DNA of 63,155 nt, filler included. It is 5 parts of 5 records of this genome, joined end to end, with 100 filler letters (N's around TTAATTAATTAA, not from the genome) between each part and the next. Parts side by side here need not be neighbours in the genome. Positions count along the whole stretch, not along the records: positions 1 to 26,586 come from SRR20825010_3998; positions 26,687 to 41,050 come from SRR20825010_4003; 3 more parts are not named here. One strand, 5' to 3'. Every line of letters begins with the position of its first letter. The stretch's first letter is position 1. A program made the translations under genes and the position numbers. Shown here one piece after another: positions 22,459 through 31,764 of this stretch. A model generated the notes under the pieces. The model saw only the letters and a program-made list of their open reading frames with translations, was not told the origin of the DNA and searched no databases.

Positions 22459-23760
22459 GTGAAGTCGGTGAAGGTGGGTATTGCTGGTCTGGGCACGGTG
22501 GGTTCTGGCACCGTGAATGTACTGAAGCGTAACGCGCGGGATATTGCCCGCCGCGTGGGCTGTCCGATTGAAATTACCCATATCGGTGCCCGCCGCGACA
22601 ATGCGGCCTGTGATACCAGTGATATTCGTCTTTCCCGCGATATTTTTGCGGTGGCGACAGACCCGGATATCGACATTCTGGTGGAGCTGATTGGCGGCAT
22701 TGATACTGCCCGTGAGTTGGTACTTACCGCTATCAAGAACGGCAAGCACGTGGTCACCGCCAACAAGGCGTTGATTGCCGAGCACGGTAATGAAATTTTC
22801 CAGGCCGCCCAGGATAACGGCGTGGATGTGGCGTTTGAAGCGTCCGTGGCGGGCGGGATTCCCATCCTCAAGTCGCTGGGTGAAGGTCTGGCGGCGAACC
22901 ACGTGAACTGGCTGGCAGGCATTATCAATGGCACTGGCAACTTTATCCTCACCGAAATGGAAGAGGGCGGCCGGGCGTTTGATGATGTACTGGCGGAAGC
23001 GCAGGCTCTGGGTTACGCGGAAGCAGACCCCACCTTCGATGTGGAAGGCATTGATGCGGCCCACAAACTGACCATTCTGGCCTCCATTGCGTTCGGTATC
23101 CCGCTGCAGTTTTCCAAGGTTTACACCGAAGGGATCAGCCGGATTACCACGGAAGATGTGGCCAGCGCTGCGCACTTCGGCTATCGCATCAAGCATCTGG
23201 GGATCGCCAAGGACACCGGCAACGGTATCGAACTGCGTGTGCACCCGACCCTGATTCCCAAGGAAACCATGCTGTCTGCGGTGAATGGTGTGATGAACGC
23301 CATCATGATTGATGGCGATGCGGTCGGTCCGACGCTCTTTTACGGCGCCGGCGCCGGCGCCGAGCCCACCGCTTCTGCTGTCGTGGCTGACATCATTGAA
23401 CTGGGCCGCGCACTGACCGTGGACCACGACGAGCGAGTGCCGTATCTGGGCTTCCACACCGACCAGATGTCCGATGAGCCGATTCTGACCATCGATGACG
23501 TGTCCTGCAGCTTCTACCTGCGCTTGCACGTGCAAGACAAGACCGGTGTGCTGGCCGATGTGACACGGATTCTCAGTGATAATAATGTCAGCATTGATGC
23601 CCTGGTGCAGCGTGAAGTGGACCAGGGCCTGGTGCCCATCGTGATGATGACCCACGTGGTGCGCGAAGGTGACATGAGCGCCGCCCTGGCCAAGATCGGT
23701 GCCCTTGAGGCCGTAGATAGCGATATAATGCGTATCAGAGTGGAAACGCTTGATGCCTGA
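22459..23760 (+). CDS. hom: Homoserine dehydrogenase with ACT domain
   Basis: GLGTVG, VVTANK, FEASVAGGIP, GYAEADP, GAGAEPTASAV. Confidence 0.97.
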   Translation: MKSVKVGIAGLGTVGSGTVNVLKRNARDIARRVGCPIEITHIGARRDNAACDTSDIRLSRDIFAVATDPDIDILVELIGGIDTARELVLTAIKNGKHVVTANKALIAEHGNEIFQAAQDNGVDVAFEASVAGGIPILKSLGEGLAANHVNWLAGIINGTGNFILTEMEEGGRAFDDVLAEAQALGYAEADPTFDVEGIDAAHKLTILASIAFGIPLQFSKVYTEGISRITTEDVASAAHFGYRIKHLGIAKDTGNGIELRVHPTLIPKETMLSAVNGVMNAIMIDGDAVGPTLFYGAGAGAEPTASAVVADIIELGRALTVDHDERVPYLGFHTDQMSDEPILTIDDVSCSFYLRLHVQDKTGVLADVTRILSDNNVSIDALVQREVDQGLVPIVMMTHVVREGDMSAALAKIGALEAVDSDIMRIRVETLDA

Positions 23761-23852
23761 ATAAATAACGCTTGCAGGCAGCACGCCTGCACGCCAAAAC
23801 CGTGATGCGTGTTAGCGTGTTGCGTGTAAGCTAATGAAGAGAGACCAAAACC

Positions 23853-24935
23853 ATGCCTTTTCGTGACCGTTACACCGGCCTGATCAACCGTTACCGTGAC
23901 CACCTGCCGGTGAATGATGACACGCCGATCATCAGCCTGGGCGAGGGGAACACCCCGCTGATTCGCCTGAAGAATATTCCCAAGCTGTTGGGCAAGGACG
24001 TGGATATCTACGTCAAATACGAAGGCCTAAACCCCACCGGCTCTTTCAAGGACCGGGGCATGACCATGGCGGTCACCAAGGCCGTGGAAGAGGGCAGTAA
24101 TGCCATCATCTGTGCCTCCACCGGCAACACGTCCGCCGCTGCCGCGGCCTACGCCGCCCGTGCTGGCATCACCGCATTTGTACTGATTCCGGAAGGCAAA
24201 ATTGCCATGGGCAAGCTGGCCCAGGCAATGATGTACGGTGCCGTGATCATGCAAATCCGTGGCAATTTCGACCAAGGCATGGAACTGGTGAAACAGGTGG
24301 CCGAGAAGGCGCCGGTGACTATCGTGAACTCGGTAAACCCGTATCGTCTGCAGGGGCAAAAAACCGCCGCCTTCGAAATCGTCGAAGAGCTGGGGCGTGC
24401 CCCGGACTATCACTGTTTGCCCGTGGGTAATGCTGGTAATATTTCTGCGCACTGGATGGGCTACAGCGAATACCACAAGTCAGGCATCGTTAATGCCGCT
24501 CCGAAGATGGTCGGTTATCAGGCTGAAGGCTCCGCGCCCTTCATGCGTGGCGAGCGAGTAACTGATCCGGAAACCGTGGCAACGGCCATCCGTATTGGTA
24601 ATCCGCAATCCTGGGACAAGGCGTGGCAACTGCAGGAAGAATCCAAAGGCTGGTTCGATGAGCTTAGCGATCACGAAATCCTGACTGCACAGAAGTTGCT
24701 GGCAGAGAAAGAAGGGATTTTCTGTGAGCCCGCCTCTGCGGCCTCTATTGGTGGCGCCATGCGCGACATCAAGGCCGGCAAGATTCCGGAAGGCTCTACC
24801 ATCGTCTGCACTTTGACGGGTAACGGCCTGAAAGACCCGGATACCGCTATTGCCCAGTGCCAGGACAGCCGCATGGTCACCATCGATGCGGATCTGGATG
24901 CGGTAAAAGGCGCAATCCTGTCCAACATGTCCTGA
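23853..24935 (+). CDS. thrC: Threonine synthase (short type)
   Basis: EGLNPTGSFKDRG, ASTGNTS, PVGNAGN, TGNGLKD. Confidence 0.96.
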   Translation: MPFRDRYTGLINRYRDHLPVNDDTPIISLGEGNTPLIRLKNIPKLLGKDVDIYVKYEGLNPTGSFKDRGMTMAVTKAVEEGSNAIICASTGNTSAAAAAYAARAGITAFVLIPEGKIAMGKLAQAMMYGAVIMQIRGNFDQGMELVKQVAEKAPVTIVNSVNPYRLQGQKTAAFEIVEELGRAPDYHCLPVGNAGNISAHWMGYSEYHKSGIVNAAPKMVGYQAEGSAPFMRGERVTDPETVATAIRIGNPQSWDKAWQLQEESKGWFDELSDHEILTAQKLLAEKEGIFCEPASAASIGGAMRDIKAGKIPEGSTIVCTLTGNGLKDPDTAIAQCQDSRMVTIDADLDAVKGAILSNMS

Positions 24936-24950
24936 TCGCTTCAGGCGTAA

Positions 24951-24983
24951 TAAAAAAACGGAGCCACAGGCTCCGTTTTTTTA
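24951..24983. terminator. Bidirectional intrinsic terminator after thrC
   Basis: TAAAAAAACGGAGCC-ACA-GGCTCCGTTTTTTTA. Confidence 0.9.
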
Positions 24984-25245
24984 TGGCTATCTCCCGGCCA
25001 GCGTCGCCGGATACGGGTGGTAAAAGCAGGTTCTTTCGCAGTGTGCTACCATGCGCGCTCTTTTGTGGCGAAAGGAACGACGACCCGGTGTCGAGATTAC
25101 TGAAACCACCTACGTGTAACACCTCCTCTCTGGGCTGACTGCGCCCATGCCTTGGCTGGATTCTTCCCGGCCAATCTCTGACTGATGTCTTGCTCTCTGA
25201 TGATCCGAACTTTGTGCGTGCTGGTGCATAGCCACAGAGAGGTAT

Positions 25246-25273
25246 TTGACATTGGTCGACCACTATTTAGTCT
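25246..25273 (+). promoter_or_regulatory. Sigma70-like promoter with palindromic operator in the spacer
   Basis: TTGACA-16 bp-TAGTCT; the spacer contains the perfect palindrome TGGTCGACCA (25253-25262). Confidence 0.55.
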
Positions 25274-25303
25274 GTTTAAAGACGACAAAGAAGGGAGAGA
25301 CTG

Positions 25304-25393
25304 ATGAAAGCATCGTTATTGGCGACGCCAAACGCTACCGGGGCCCCGTATGGCTCCCTTGTCCAGGGGATTGCAGCGCATTTGTATTGTTGA
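25304..25393 (+). CDS. Candidate 29-aa leader peptide/small ORF (MKASLLATPNATGAPYGSLVQGIAAHLYC)
   Basis: AAGGGAGAG SD-like element just upstream of ATG; lies just after the predicted promoter; no recognisable homology. Confidence 0.35.
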   Translation: MKASLLATPNATGAPYGSLVQGIAAHLYC

Positions 25394-25555
25394 CGATCTG
25401 ACCAAGACGGCGACCAGAAGGGTCGCTTCGCGTTCAGGTGATGTCTGGCTGTGAAGCTGCAGAGGAACCCAAACCGGTTTCCTCACATCGTCCGAACCGA
25501 CTGGCTGAAAGACAGATAATCTGCCCCTCGAAGCAAGACGGAATACGGAGCTTAA

Positions 25556-26586
25556 ATGAAAATTGATTACGAGACCGACTATGACGTCGGCCAGGACAAT
25601 GTGCAGGTCATGGGTATGGACATGCACAATCCTGTATTTTTTATCAGTGCGGTACTGATCCTCACGTTTGTTATCGGGACGCTGATCTTTCCCGAGCAGG
25701 CCAACACGCTGTTGAATGGTTCCAAGACTTGGGCCATTGAGCATTTTGACTGGCTGTTCATGGTCAGCGGCAATATTTTTGTGCTGTTCTGTGTGCTGTT
25801 GGCCGTGCTGCCACTGGGTAAGATTCGCCTGGGCGGACAAAGCGCCAAACCGGAATTTTCCACCCTGTCCTGGTTTGCCATGCTGTTTGCGGCAGGCATG
25901 GGGATTGGCCTCATGTTCTGGAGCGTGGCCGAGCCAGTGGCCTACCTGAATGGCCAGTGGTACGGGACACCGTTAGCGGTTGAGGCCGGGTCGGAAGCGG
26001 CGCGGCACACGGCTATGGGGGCAACCATGTATCACTGGGGTCTGCACCCCTGGGCGATTTACGCCGTAGTGGCGCTGTCGTTGGCCTTTTTCACCTATAA
26101 CAAGGGGATGCCTCTGACGATCCGCTCAGCGTTCTACCCGCTGTTGGGTGAGCGGTGCTGGGGCTGGCCGGGTCACATCATCGATATTCTGGCGGTGCTG
26201 GCCACGATCTTCGGTCTGGCGACGTCGCTGGGCCTGGGCGCTCAGCAAGCTGCCGGGGGCCTGCATTTCCTGTTTGATACGCCCAATGCGATCAATGTTC
26301 AGGTCGGTATTATTGTCGGTGTTACTGCTGTTGCGGTGCTCTCGGTGGTGCGCGGCCTGGATGGTGGCGTGAAAGTGCTCAGTAACATCAATATGAGCCT
26401 GGCAGTCTTCTTGTTGCTCTTCGTGATCATCGCCGGGCCGACCATGCTGATCATCACCGGTTTTGGCACCACGGCGGTGGACTACATCAGTAATATCATT
26501 CCGCTGAGTACCTGGTTTGGCCGTGAAGACAGTGAGTGGATGCATGGCTGGACCGTGTTCTATTGGGCCTGGTGGATTTCCTGGTC
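25556..26586 (+). CDS. BCCT family (betaine/carnitine/choline) transporter, 3'-truncated by contig end
   Basis: WFAMLFAAGMGIGLMFWSVAEP, HWGLHPWAIY and WTVFYWAWWISW aromatic box. Confidence 0.95.
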
Positions 26587-26686
26587 NNNNNNNNNNNNNN
26601 NNNNNNNNNNNNNNNNNNNNNNNNNNNNNNTTAATTAATTAANNNNNNNNNNNNNNNNNNNNNNNNNNNNNNNNNNNNNNNNNNNN
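26587..26686. other. Artificial contig spacer (Ns + TTAATTAATTAA)
   Basis: 100-nt N run with an all-frame stop linker; genes are truncated on both sides. Confidence 0.98.
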
Positions 26687-28265
26687 CACGTTTTATCTGA
26701 GTGCTCTGTTTATTTCTGCTGTAGTGGCGGCCGGTTTGTCGTGGGCGCGCACCTATCTTCTTGCCTTGGTTTCCGAGCGAATTGGATCGGATCTTCGCAC
26801 CACCACATTCAACCATTTGATGAGTTTGTCGCTGGATTATTTCAGCGCCAAGCGGACTGGCGATTTGATTGCCCGTGTCAGCGCTGAAACCGACCGGATC
26901 AATTTGTTTTTGTCTTTGCATGCGCTTGATTTCATCACCGATGTGATCATGGTGGTAATGACCGCTGTCATCTTGATGAACATTGATTTCGAATTGGCGT
27001 TGCTCACGCTGCTGCCTTTGCCAGTCATTGCATGGATGATTCATTTGGTGCGTGAAAAGTTGCGCACGGGTTTCGAGAAGGTGGACAGGGTGTGGGGCGA
27101 GGTCACGAACATTTTGACCGACACCATTCCCGGCATTCGCGTGGTGAAAGCTTTTGCACAAGAGCGCCGCGAGTCAAACCGTTTCCTGAAGGCGAACCAG
27201 CGCAACCTTGAGGTCAATGACCGAATTAATAAAACCTGGTCGCTGTTTGCGCCCACGGTCAGTTTCTTGACTGAACTGGGGATTTTGGTGATTTGGGCTT
27301 CAGGCATCTGGATGATCATGAACAATGACATCACCGTGGGTGTACTGACCGCGTTCCTTGCCTACATTGGCCGGTTCTACACCCGTCTTGATTCCATGAG
27401 CCGTATTGTGTCTGTTACCCAAAAAGCGGCCGCGGGTTCCAAGCGTATTTTCGACATTCTCGATTACAAGTCGTCTGTACCCGAGGCCTTGGATCCGGTA
27501 AAAATTGATCACATGAAGGGCGAACTGGAATTGCGCGATGTGTCATTTCGCTACGGCAGCAGGCAAGTGCTGGATGGTGTGAACCTGAAAGTAAAACAGG
27601 GCGAGATGGTGGGTTTGGTTGGGCACAGTGGTTCAGGTAAATCCACCTTGGTGAATTTGTTGTGCCGTTTTTATGATGTAAGCGATGGTGCAGTGCTGGC
27701 TGACGGTATTGACATTCGCCAAATCGAAATGGCCAGTTACCGTAGAAACATTGGTTTGGTGCTTCAAGAGCCTTATCTGTTTTTTGGCACCATTGCTGAA
27801 AATATTGCTTACGGGCGACCAGAGGCCACCCGACAGGAAATTATTGCAGCGGCCAGGCTTGCCCATGCACATGAATTTATTCTGCGCTTGCCGCACGGCT
27901 ATGATTCGCTGGTAGGTGAGCGTGGTCAAAGTTTGTCGGGTGGTGAACGCCAACGCATTTCAATTGCGCGGGCTTTGCTGATAGATCCGAAGATTCTTAT
28001 TCTCGACGAGGCCACCAGTTCTGTGGATTCACAAACCGAGAAAGAAATTCAAAAGGCCTTGGACAACCTGGTGAAAGGAAGAACCACGATTGCGATTGCA
28101 CATCGATTGTCAACTTTGCGCAAAGCCGATCGTATTGTGGTGATGGATCGCGGCAGGGTGGTGGAAGAGGGGCCGCACGATGAACTGCTGGCTGCAAAAT
28201 CGCACTTCTGGCATTTGCACCAGGCCCAGGAAAAACTGAAGCAGGAGCAGGCCCAATATGAATGA
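26687..28265 (+). CDS. ABC exporter (fused TMD-NBD), 5'-truncated; type usually associated with cyanophycin loci
   Basis: ABC membrane domain, GHSGSGKST, LSGGERQR, ILDEATS; overlaps the DUF1854 gene. Confidence 0.9.
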
Positions 28266-28725
28266 TTGGCGATTGCGCAAATCAAACCAGAACCAACTCG
28301 CCTTGTACAAAGGCGATACCCTGGTGGCAGACCGCGTAATGCCGGTGTTGGCATTTCCGTTTTCGGCGCCTGAAGAAAGCATTTCGATTGTTGATGAGTA
28401 CAGCAAGGAAATGGCTTGGCTGGAAAGTCTTGATGAACTTGATTCGGAATCTCAGGGGCTTGTGAACGAATACCTGGCGGTGCGGGAATTCCGGCCCACT
28501 GTGCTGCGCATTACCTCTGTGTCTACGTATTCCACGCCGAGCATCTGGACGCTGGAAACCGACAAGGGGCCCTGCAAGTTCGAGCTGCCATCCGATGAAA
28601 GTATTCGCAGGCTGGGGGGCAGGCGCTTGGTGTTGACACATGCCAATGGCATGCAGTTCATTATCGAAGATCTGTTTGCGCTCGACAAACGAAGCAGGCA
28701 AATTCTTGCCCGCTTCATGGCTTAA
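28258..28725 (+). CDS. DUF1854 family protein
   Basis: PVLAFPFSAP..ISI, REF.P..I.SVSTYSTPSIW..ETDKG, LDKRSRQIL motifs. Confidence 0.8.
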   Translation: MNDWRLRKSNQNQLALYKGDTLVADRVMPVLAFPFSAPEESISIVDEYSKEMAWLESLDELDSESQGLVNEYLAVREFRPTVLRITSVSTYSTPSIWTLETDKGPCKFELPSDESIRRLGGRRLVLTHANGMQFIIEDLFALDKRSRQILARFMA

Positions 28726-28740
28726 GCGGCTGCGACAAGG

Positions 28741-29307
28741 TCAAGCCGTTTCGAGCATGCTTTCTTCGTTGAAGAAGCGGGTGGCCGCATCTTGCTTGGT
28801 TTTACCCGCCCTCGATGGCATGTTGCAAAGGCCGCATTCGTAGTTTTTCACCAAATCATAGGCGTGCACCACAAAACTGCCGTGGCAGGTTTTGCACGCG
28901 GTGCTGGTCAGCATGCCCGCGTCAAAAAACTTCACCAAACGCCAGGCTCGGGTTAGTGACAGCACTTCGGGTAAGCCCAGTATGGTGATTTGTTCGCGGT
29001 ACAGTTTGTAGGCTTTTACAAGACAGTCCCCATCGCCCAGGTCGGTGTGCTTGATGCAGGCCGAATAAAAATTCATGAACAGCGAGCAGTGAATGCTGGG
29101 TTGCCAGGTCATGAACCAGTCTGTCGAGAAAGGCAGCATGCCTTTGGGTGGCGATTTGTGCTTGATTTCCTTGTACAGGCGGATCAGGCGCTCGCGCGAC
29201 AGTTGGGTTTCGCTTTCCAGCACTTGCAGGCGGGCATCAAGTTCAATCAGATCGGTAGCAAGCTTGATCTGGACGACTTCAGCCGTCAAGGATTTAATCT
29301 TGGACAT
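28741..29307 (-). CDS. flhC: Flagellar transcriptional regulator FlhC
   Basis: ARLQVLESET.LSRERLIRLYKE, PPKGMLPFSTDWF, CxxC..CxxC, PSRAGK. Confidence 0.96.
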   Translation of the reverse strand: MSKIKSLTAEVVQIKLATDLIELDARLQVLESETQLSRERLIRLYKEIKHKSPPKGMLPFSTDWFMTWQPSIHCSLFMNFYSACIKHTDLGDGDCLVKAYKLYREQITILGLPEVLSLTRAWRLVKFFDAGMLTSTACKTCHGSFVVHAYDLVKNYECGLCNMPSRAGKTKQDAATRFFNEESMLETA

Positions 29308-29351
29308 GGCATTTCTCCGTTGCACCGTCAGGTGCATCAACAACGGTTAAA

Positions 29352-29669
29352 TCAAGCGGTAACCTGGGTGCAGCGGCCAGCCATTAGAATGGCAGCATGC
29401 ATGCCGGATATGGCGCGTTCTTTTCCGTGATCAGAGAGAAGTTTCCACACGGCAGGGTCCTCAAAACGTATCTTGCACATGGGTACATTGCTTGCGGCAA
29501 TTCGCAAAACCTGTGCTGTGCTCAGTTGGTTGAGTAGATCTGCGGTGTTTTCGTCGATGCCAAGGCGAATCATAGCCTCGGGTTTGTCTTCGATGATGAG
29601 TTGTTTGGCCAGAAGCAGGTAAGATAAATTGGCTTCGCGAATTTGTTCCAGTAGTTCATTTGCTTTCAT
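29352..29669 (-). CDS. flhD: Flagellar transcriptional regulator FlhD
   Basis: IREANLSYLLLA, AMIRLGI, HAAILMA; AGGAGG 9 nt before the ATG at 29669. Confidence 0.93.
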   Translation of the reverse strand: MKANELLEQIREANLSYLLLAKQLIIEDKPEAMIRLGIDENTADLLNQLSTAQVLRIAASNVPMCKIRFEDPAVWKLLSDHGKERAISGMHAAILMAGRCTQVTA

Positions 29670-29871
29670 TTTGAACATCCTCCTATTCAAATCAAGCAAT
29701 CTTTTTGAGGTGGATTCGACGCTTCCCACAGACATCGAACCCAGTGAATGTATTGTTGATGATTCGCGAAAAAAACTAAGCCATCCAATTGCTGTAAACC
29801 GCATCAGGCAGCGACCCTTGGGTGTGTAAGAAAAAACCAGACAACAACACAATGAGACAGGTGAAAAAACA

Positions 29872-30753
29872 ATGAATAACGTATTCATGAATTGGCTGTG
29901 CCGCAAGCTGATTGATTCCAAATGCAAGCAACTGGGCCTGACAAAGGCAAGTATCGACACTGTCGATGGGCGCACGGTTTACTTCAAGGGCGGGCAGGGG
30001 CCAGATATGGTTTTGGTTCATGGTTTTGGTGCCAACAAGGAAAACTGGCTGGCGCTGGCGCCGCGGTTGATGCGCCATTACACGGTGTGGATCCCCGACC
30101 TGATCGGTTTCGGGGAATCTGACCGGCCCAGCAACGCCCGGTTCAACATTGCCGAGCAAGCAGACCGCGTGTTGCGCTGGCTGGATGCCGTGGGTGTAAA
30201 AAACTTCCATGTCATGGGCAACTCCATGGGTGGTTATTTGGCCGGTGCCTTGGCTGCAAACTTTCCCAACCGGATACTCAGCGCCTGTTTGCTTAACCCG
30301 GCGGGTGTAAAGGGTGCGGAACACACGGCAATTGGCCGGGCGTTTGATGATGAAGGAAAAGTGGTGCTTGCCCCTTCCAATTTCAAAGAATATGAGCAGG
30401 TTGTGAGCCTGTGTTTTAGTGGTCAACCACCAGCCATGCCCGGTTTCATGCGCAAGTATTTTGGTCGCATGTCCTTTCTGAACAAGGCATTGCTGGATCG
30501 GGTGTTCATGGAATTTGTGAACCAGGATACAAACGTATGTTTGAATGACATGGTGGCAAACACACCTGTACCACTGATGGTGGTGTGGGGCGATTCTGAT
30601 CAATTGGTACACCCCAGCGGCTTGGCTGTGCTGAAACAGGCCAACCCCGCGATCAAAGACCTGATGCTGGAAAATACCGGACATTGCCCCATGGTGGACA
30701 GGGCATCGCTTGTGTACAAGGAACACCTGAAATTCATGCCCGTGTCTTCCTGA
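29872..30753 (+). CDS. Alpha/beta hydrolase (lipase/esterase)
   Basis: HGFGA, PDLIGFGES, GNSMGG nucleophile, WGDSD, GH. Confidence 0.92.
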   Translation: MNNVFMNWLCRKLIDSKCKQLGLTKASIDTVDGRTVYFKGGQGPDMVLVHGFGANKENWLALAPRLMRHYTVWIPDLIGFGESDRPSNARFNIAEQADRVLRWLDAVGVKNFHVMGNSMGGYLAGALAANFPNRILSACLLNPAGVKGAEHTAIGRAFDDEGKVVLAPSNFKEYEQVVSLCFSGQPPAMPGFMRKYFGRMSFLNKALLDRVFMEFVNQDTNVCLNDMVANTPVPLMVVWGDSDQLVHPSGLAVLKQANPAIKDLMLENTGHCPMVDRASLVYKEHLKFMPVSS

Positions 30754-30769
30754 AGGCGCAAGCAGCGGC

Positions 30770-31171
30770 ATGGCTCAAAAGGACAAACCCGTTCAATGCC
30801 CTTGTGGCAAAGGCACTTATCTTGCCTGTTGCGGTGCCTTGCATGGTGGAGGGGCAAGAGCGCCCACTGCACAGGCGCTGATGCGTTCGCGCTACAGTGC
30901 GTATGCTTTGGGCTTGGGCGACTATTTGATGCAAACCTGGCATGTTTCAACACGCCCTGAAAGCATTGATTTGTCTGGTGACCTGCGGAATGGAAAATGG
31001 ATCGGGTTGACCGTGAAAGCCAGCCATGAAACAGGCCACAAAGCCGAGGTTGAATTTGTTGCCCGCTACAAGCCCCATGCCGGGCCAGCCAGCCGCCTGC
31101 ATGAACGCAGCCGTTTCTTGCTGGAGGGCGGGCAGTGGTTTTATGTGGATGGGGATTTGTACGACAGTTGA
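30770..31171 (+). CDS. ychJ: YchJ family (SEC-C + NTF2-like) protein
   Basis: CPCG...CC, LMRSRYSAY, YL..TWH, VEFVARY, HERSRF, WFYVDG. Confidence 0.92.
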   Translation: MAQKDKPVQCPCGKGTYLACCGALHGGGARAPTAQALMRSRYSAYALGLGDYLMQTWHVSTRPESIDLSGDLRNGKWIGLTVKASHETGHKAEVEFVARYKPHAGPASRLHERSRFLLEGGQWFYVDGDLYDS

Positions 31172-31189
31172 AATTTTTGAAACACGGGT

Positions 31190-31216
31190 CTTGAAATTTT
31201 GAGAATTGGCGCATAA
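31190..31216 (+). promoter_or_regulatory. Putative sigma32 promoter
   Basis: CTTGAAA -35 element followed about 12 nt later by GCGCATA (imperfect CCCCAT -10). Confidence 0.45.
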
Positions 31217-31226
31217 ATCAGCAATA

Positions 31227-31302
31227 CGGGAAATGTCTCTGCGAGAGTTTTCCGGATTGTGTTTAACAACTGATTTTTTGCTTCTCAGGAGAATGAATCA
31301 TG
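31227..31302 (+). ncRNA. ROSE-like RNA thermometer in the Hsp20 5' UTR
   Basis: Upstream hairpin CGGGAAA..TTTTCCG. SD-sequestering hairpin TGATT-TTTTGCT-TCTC-AGGAGAA-TG-AATCA carries the ROSE UUGCU motif (bulged G) opposite AGGA. Confidence 0.7.
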
Positions 31303-31764
31303 GCAACAATTGACCTTACCCCTTTGTACCGCAGCACCATTGGTTTTGACCGCATGGCCAGCATTCTGGATGCTGCAATGCGTGCCGACACATCCAGCGG
31401 TTACCCACCCTACAACATTGAAGCACTGGAGGAAAATCGCTACCAGATCAGCGTTGCAGTGGCAGGGTTCGAGGAGAAAGAACTGGATCTGGAAGTAGAG
31501 CGCGGTGTGCTTACCGTTCGTGGCCGAAAAGCCGATGAGGATGGCAAACAGTACCTGCACAAGGGCATTGCATTTCGCAGTTTCGAGCGCAAGTTCAACC
31601 TTGCTGACTATGTACAGGTTGAGGGCGCAATCTTGAAAAACGGCCTTTTGGTGATTCAGTTGCTAAAGGTAATCCCCGAACAAATGAAAGCCCGTCGCAT
31701 TCCGATTGGTGAAGCTGATTTGCGAACCATTGAATCGGACGGCAATGGCCAGCAAGCCGCCTGA
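31300..31764 (+). CDS. ibpA: Small heat-shock protein (Hsp20, IbpA-like)
   Basis: DLTPLYRSTIGFDR, YPPYNIE, AVAGF, YLHKGIA.RSFERKF, NGLL, IPI tail. Confidence 0.95.
   Translation: MATIDLTPLYRSTIGFDRMASILDAAMRADTSSGYPPYNIEALEENRYQISVAVAGFEEKELDLEVERGVLTVRGRKADEDGKQYLHKGIAFRSFERKFNLADYVQVEGAILKNGLLVIQLLKVIPEQMKARRIPIGEADLRTIESDGNGQQAA

Noticed and set aside
24988..25110. Minus-strand 40-codon GTG ORF downstream of AGGAGG, ending at the bidirectional terminator
   Set aside because: SD-start spacing is about 12 nt and there are no protein-like features. Not excluded, but unsupported.
25197..25335. Two CTGATGA motifs suggesting a hammerhead ribozyme
   Set aside because: Neither is followed by a stem II plus GAAA core in the proper arrangement.
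26587..26686. TTAATTAATTAA repeated four times inside N runs (also 41095, 47500, 60056)
   Set aside because: Artificial all-frame-stop contig linker. Gene neighbourhoods across these junctions are meaningless, and apparent taxon or GC shifts are not HGT.
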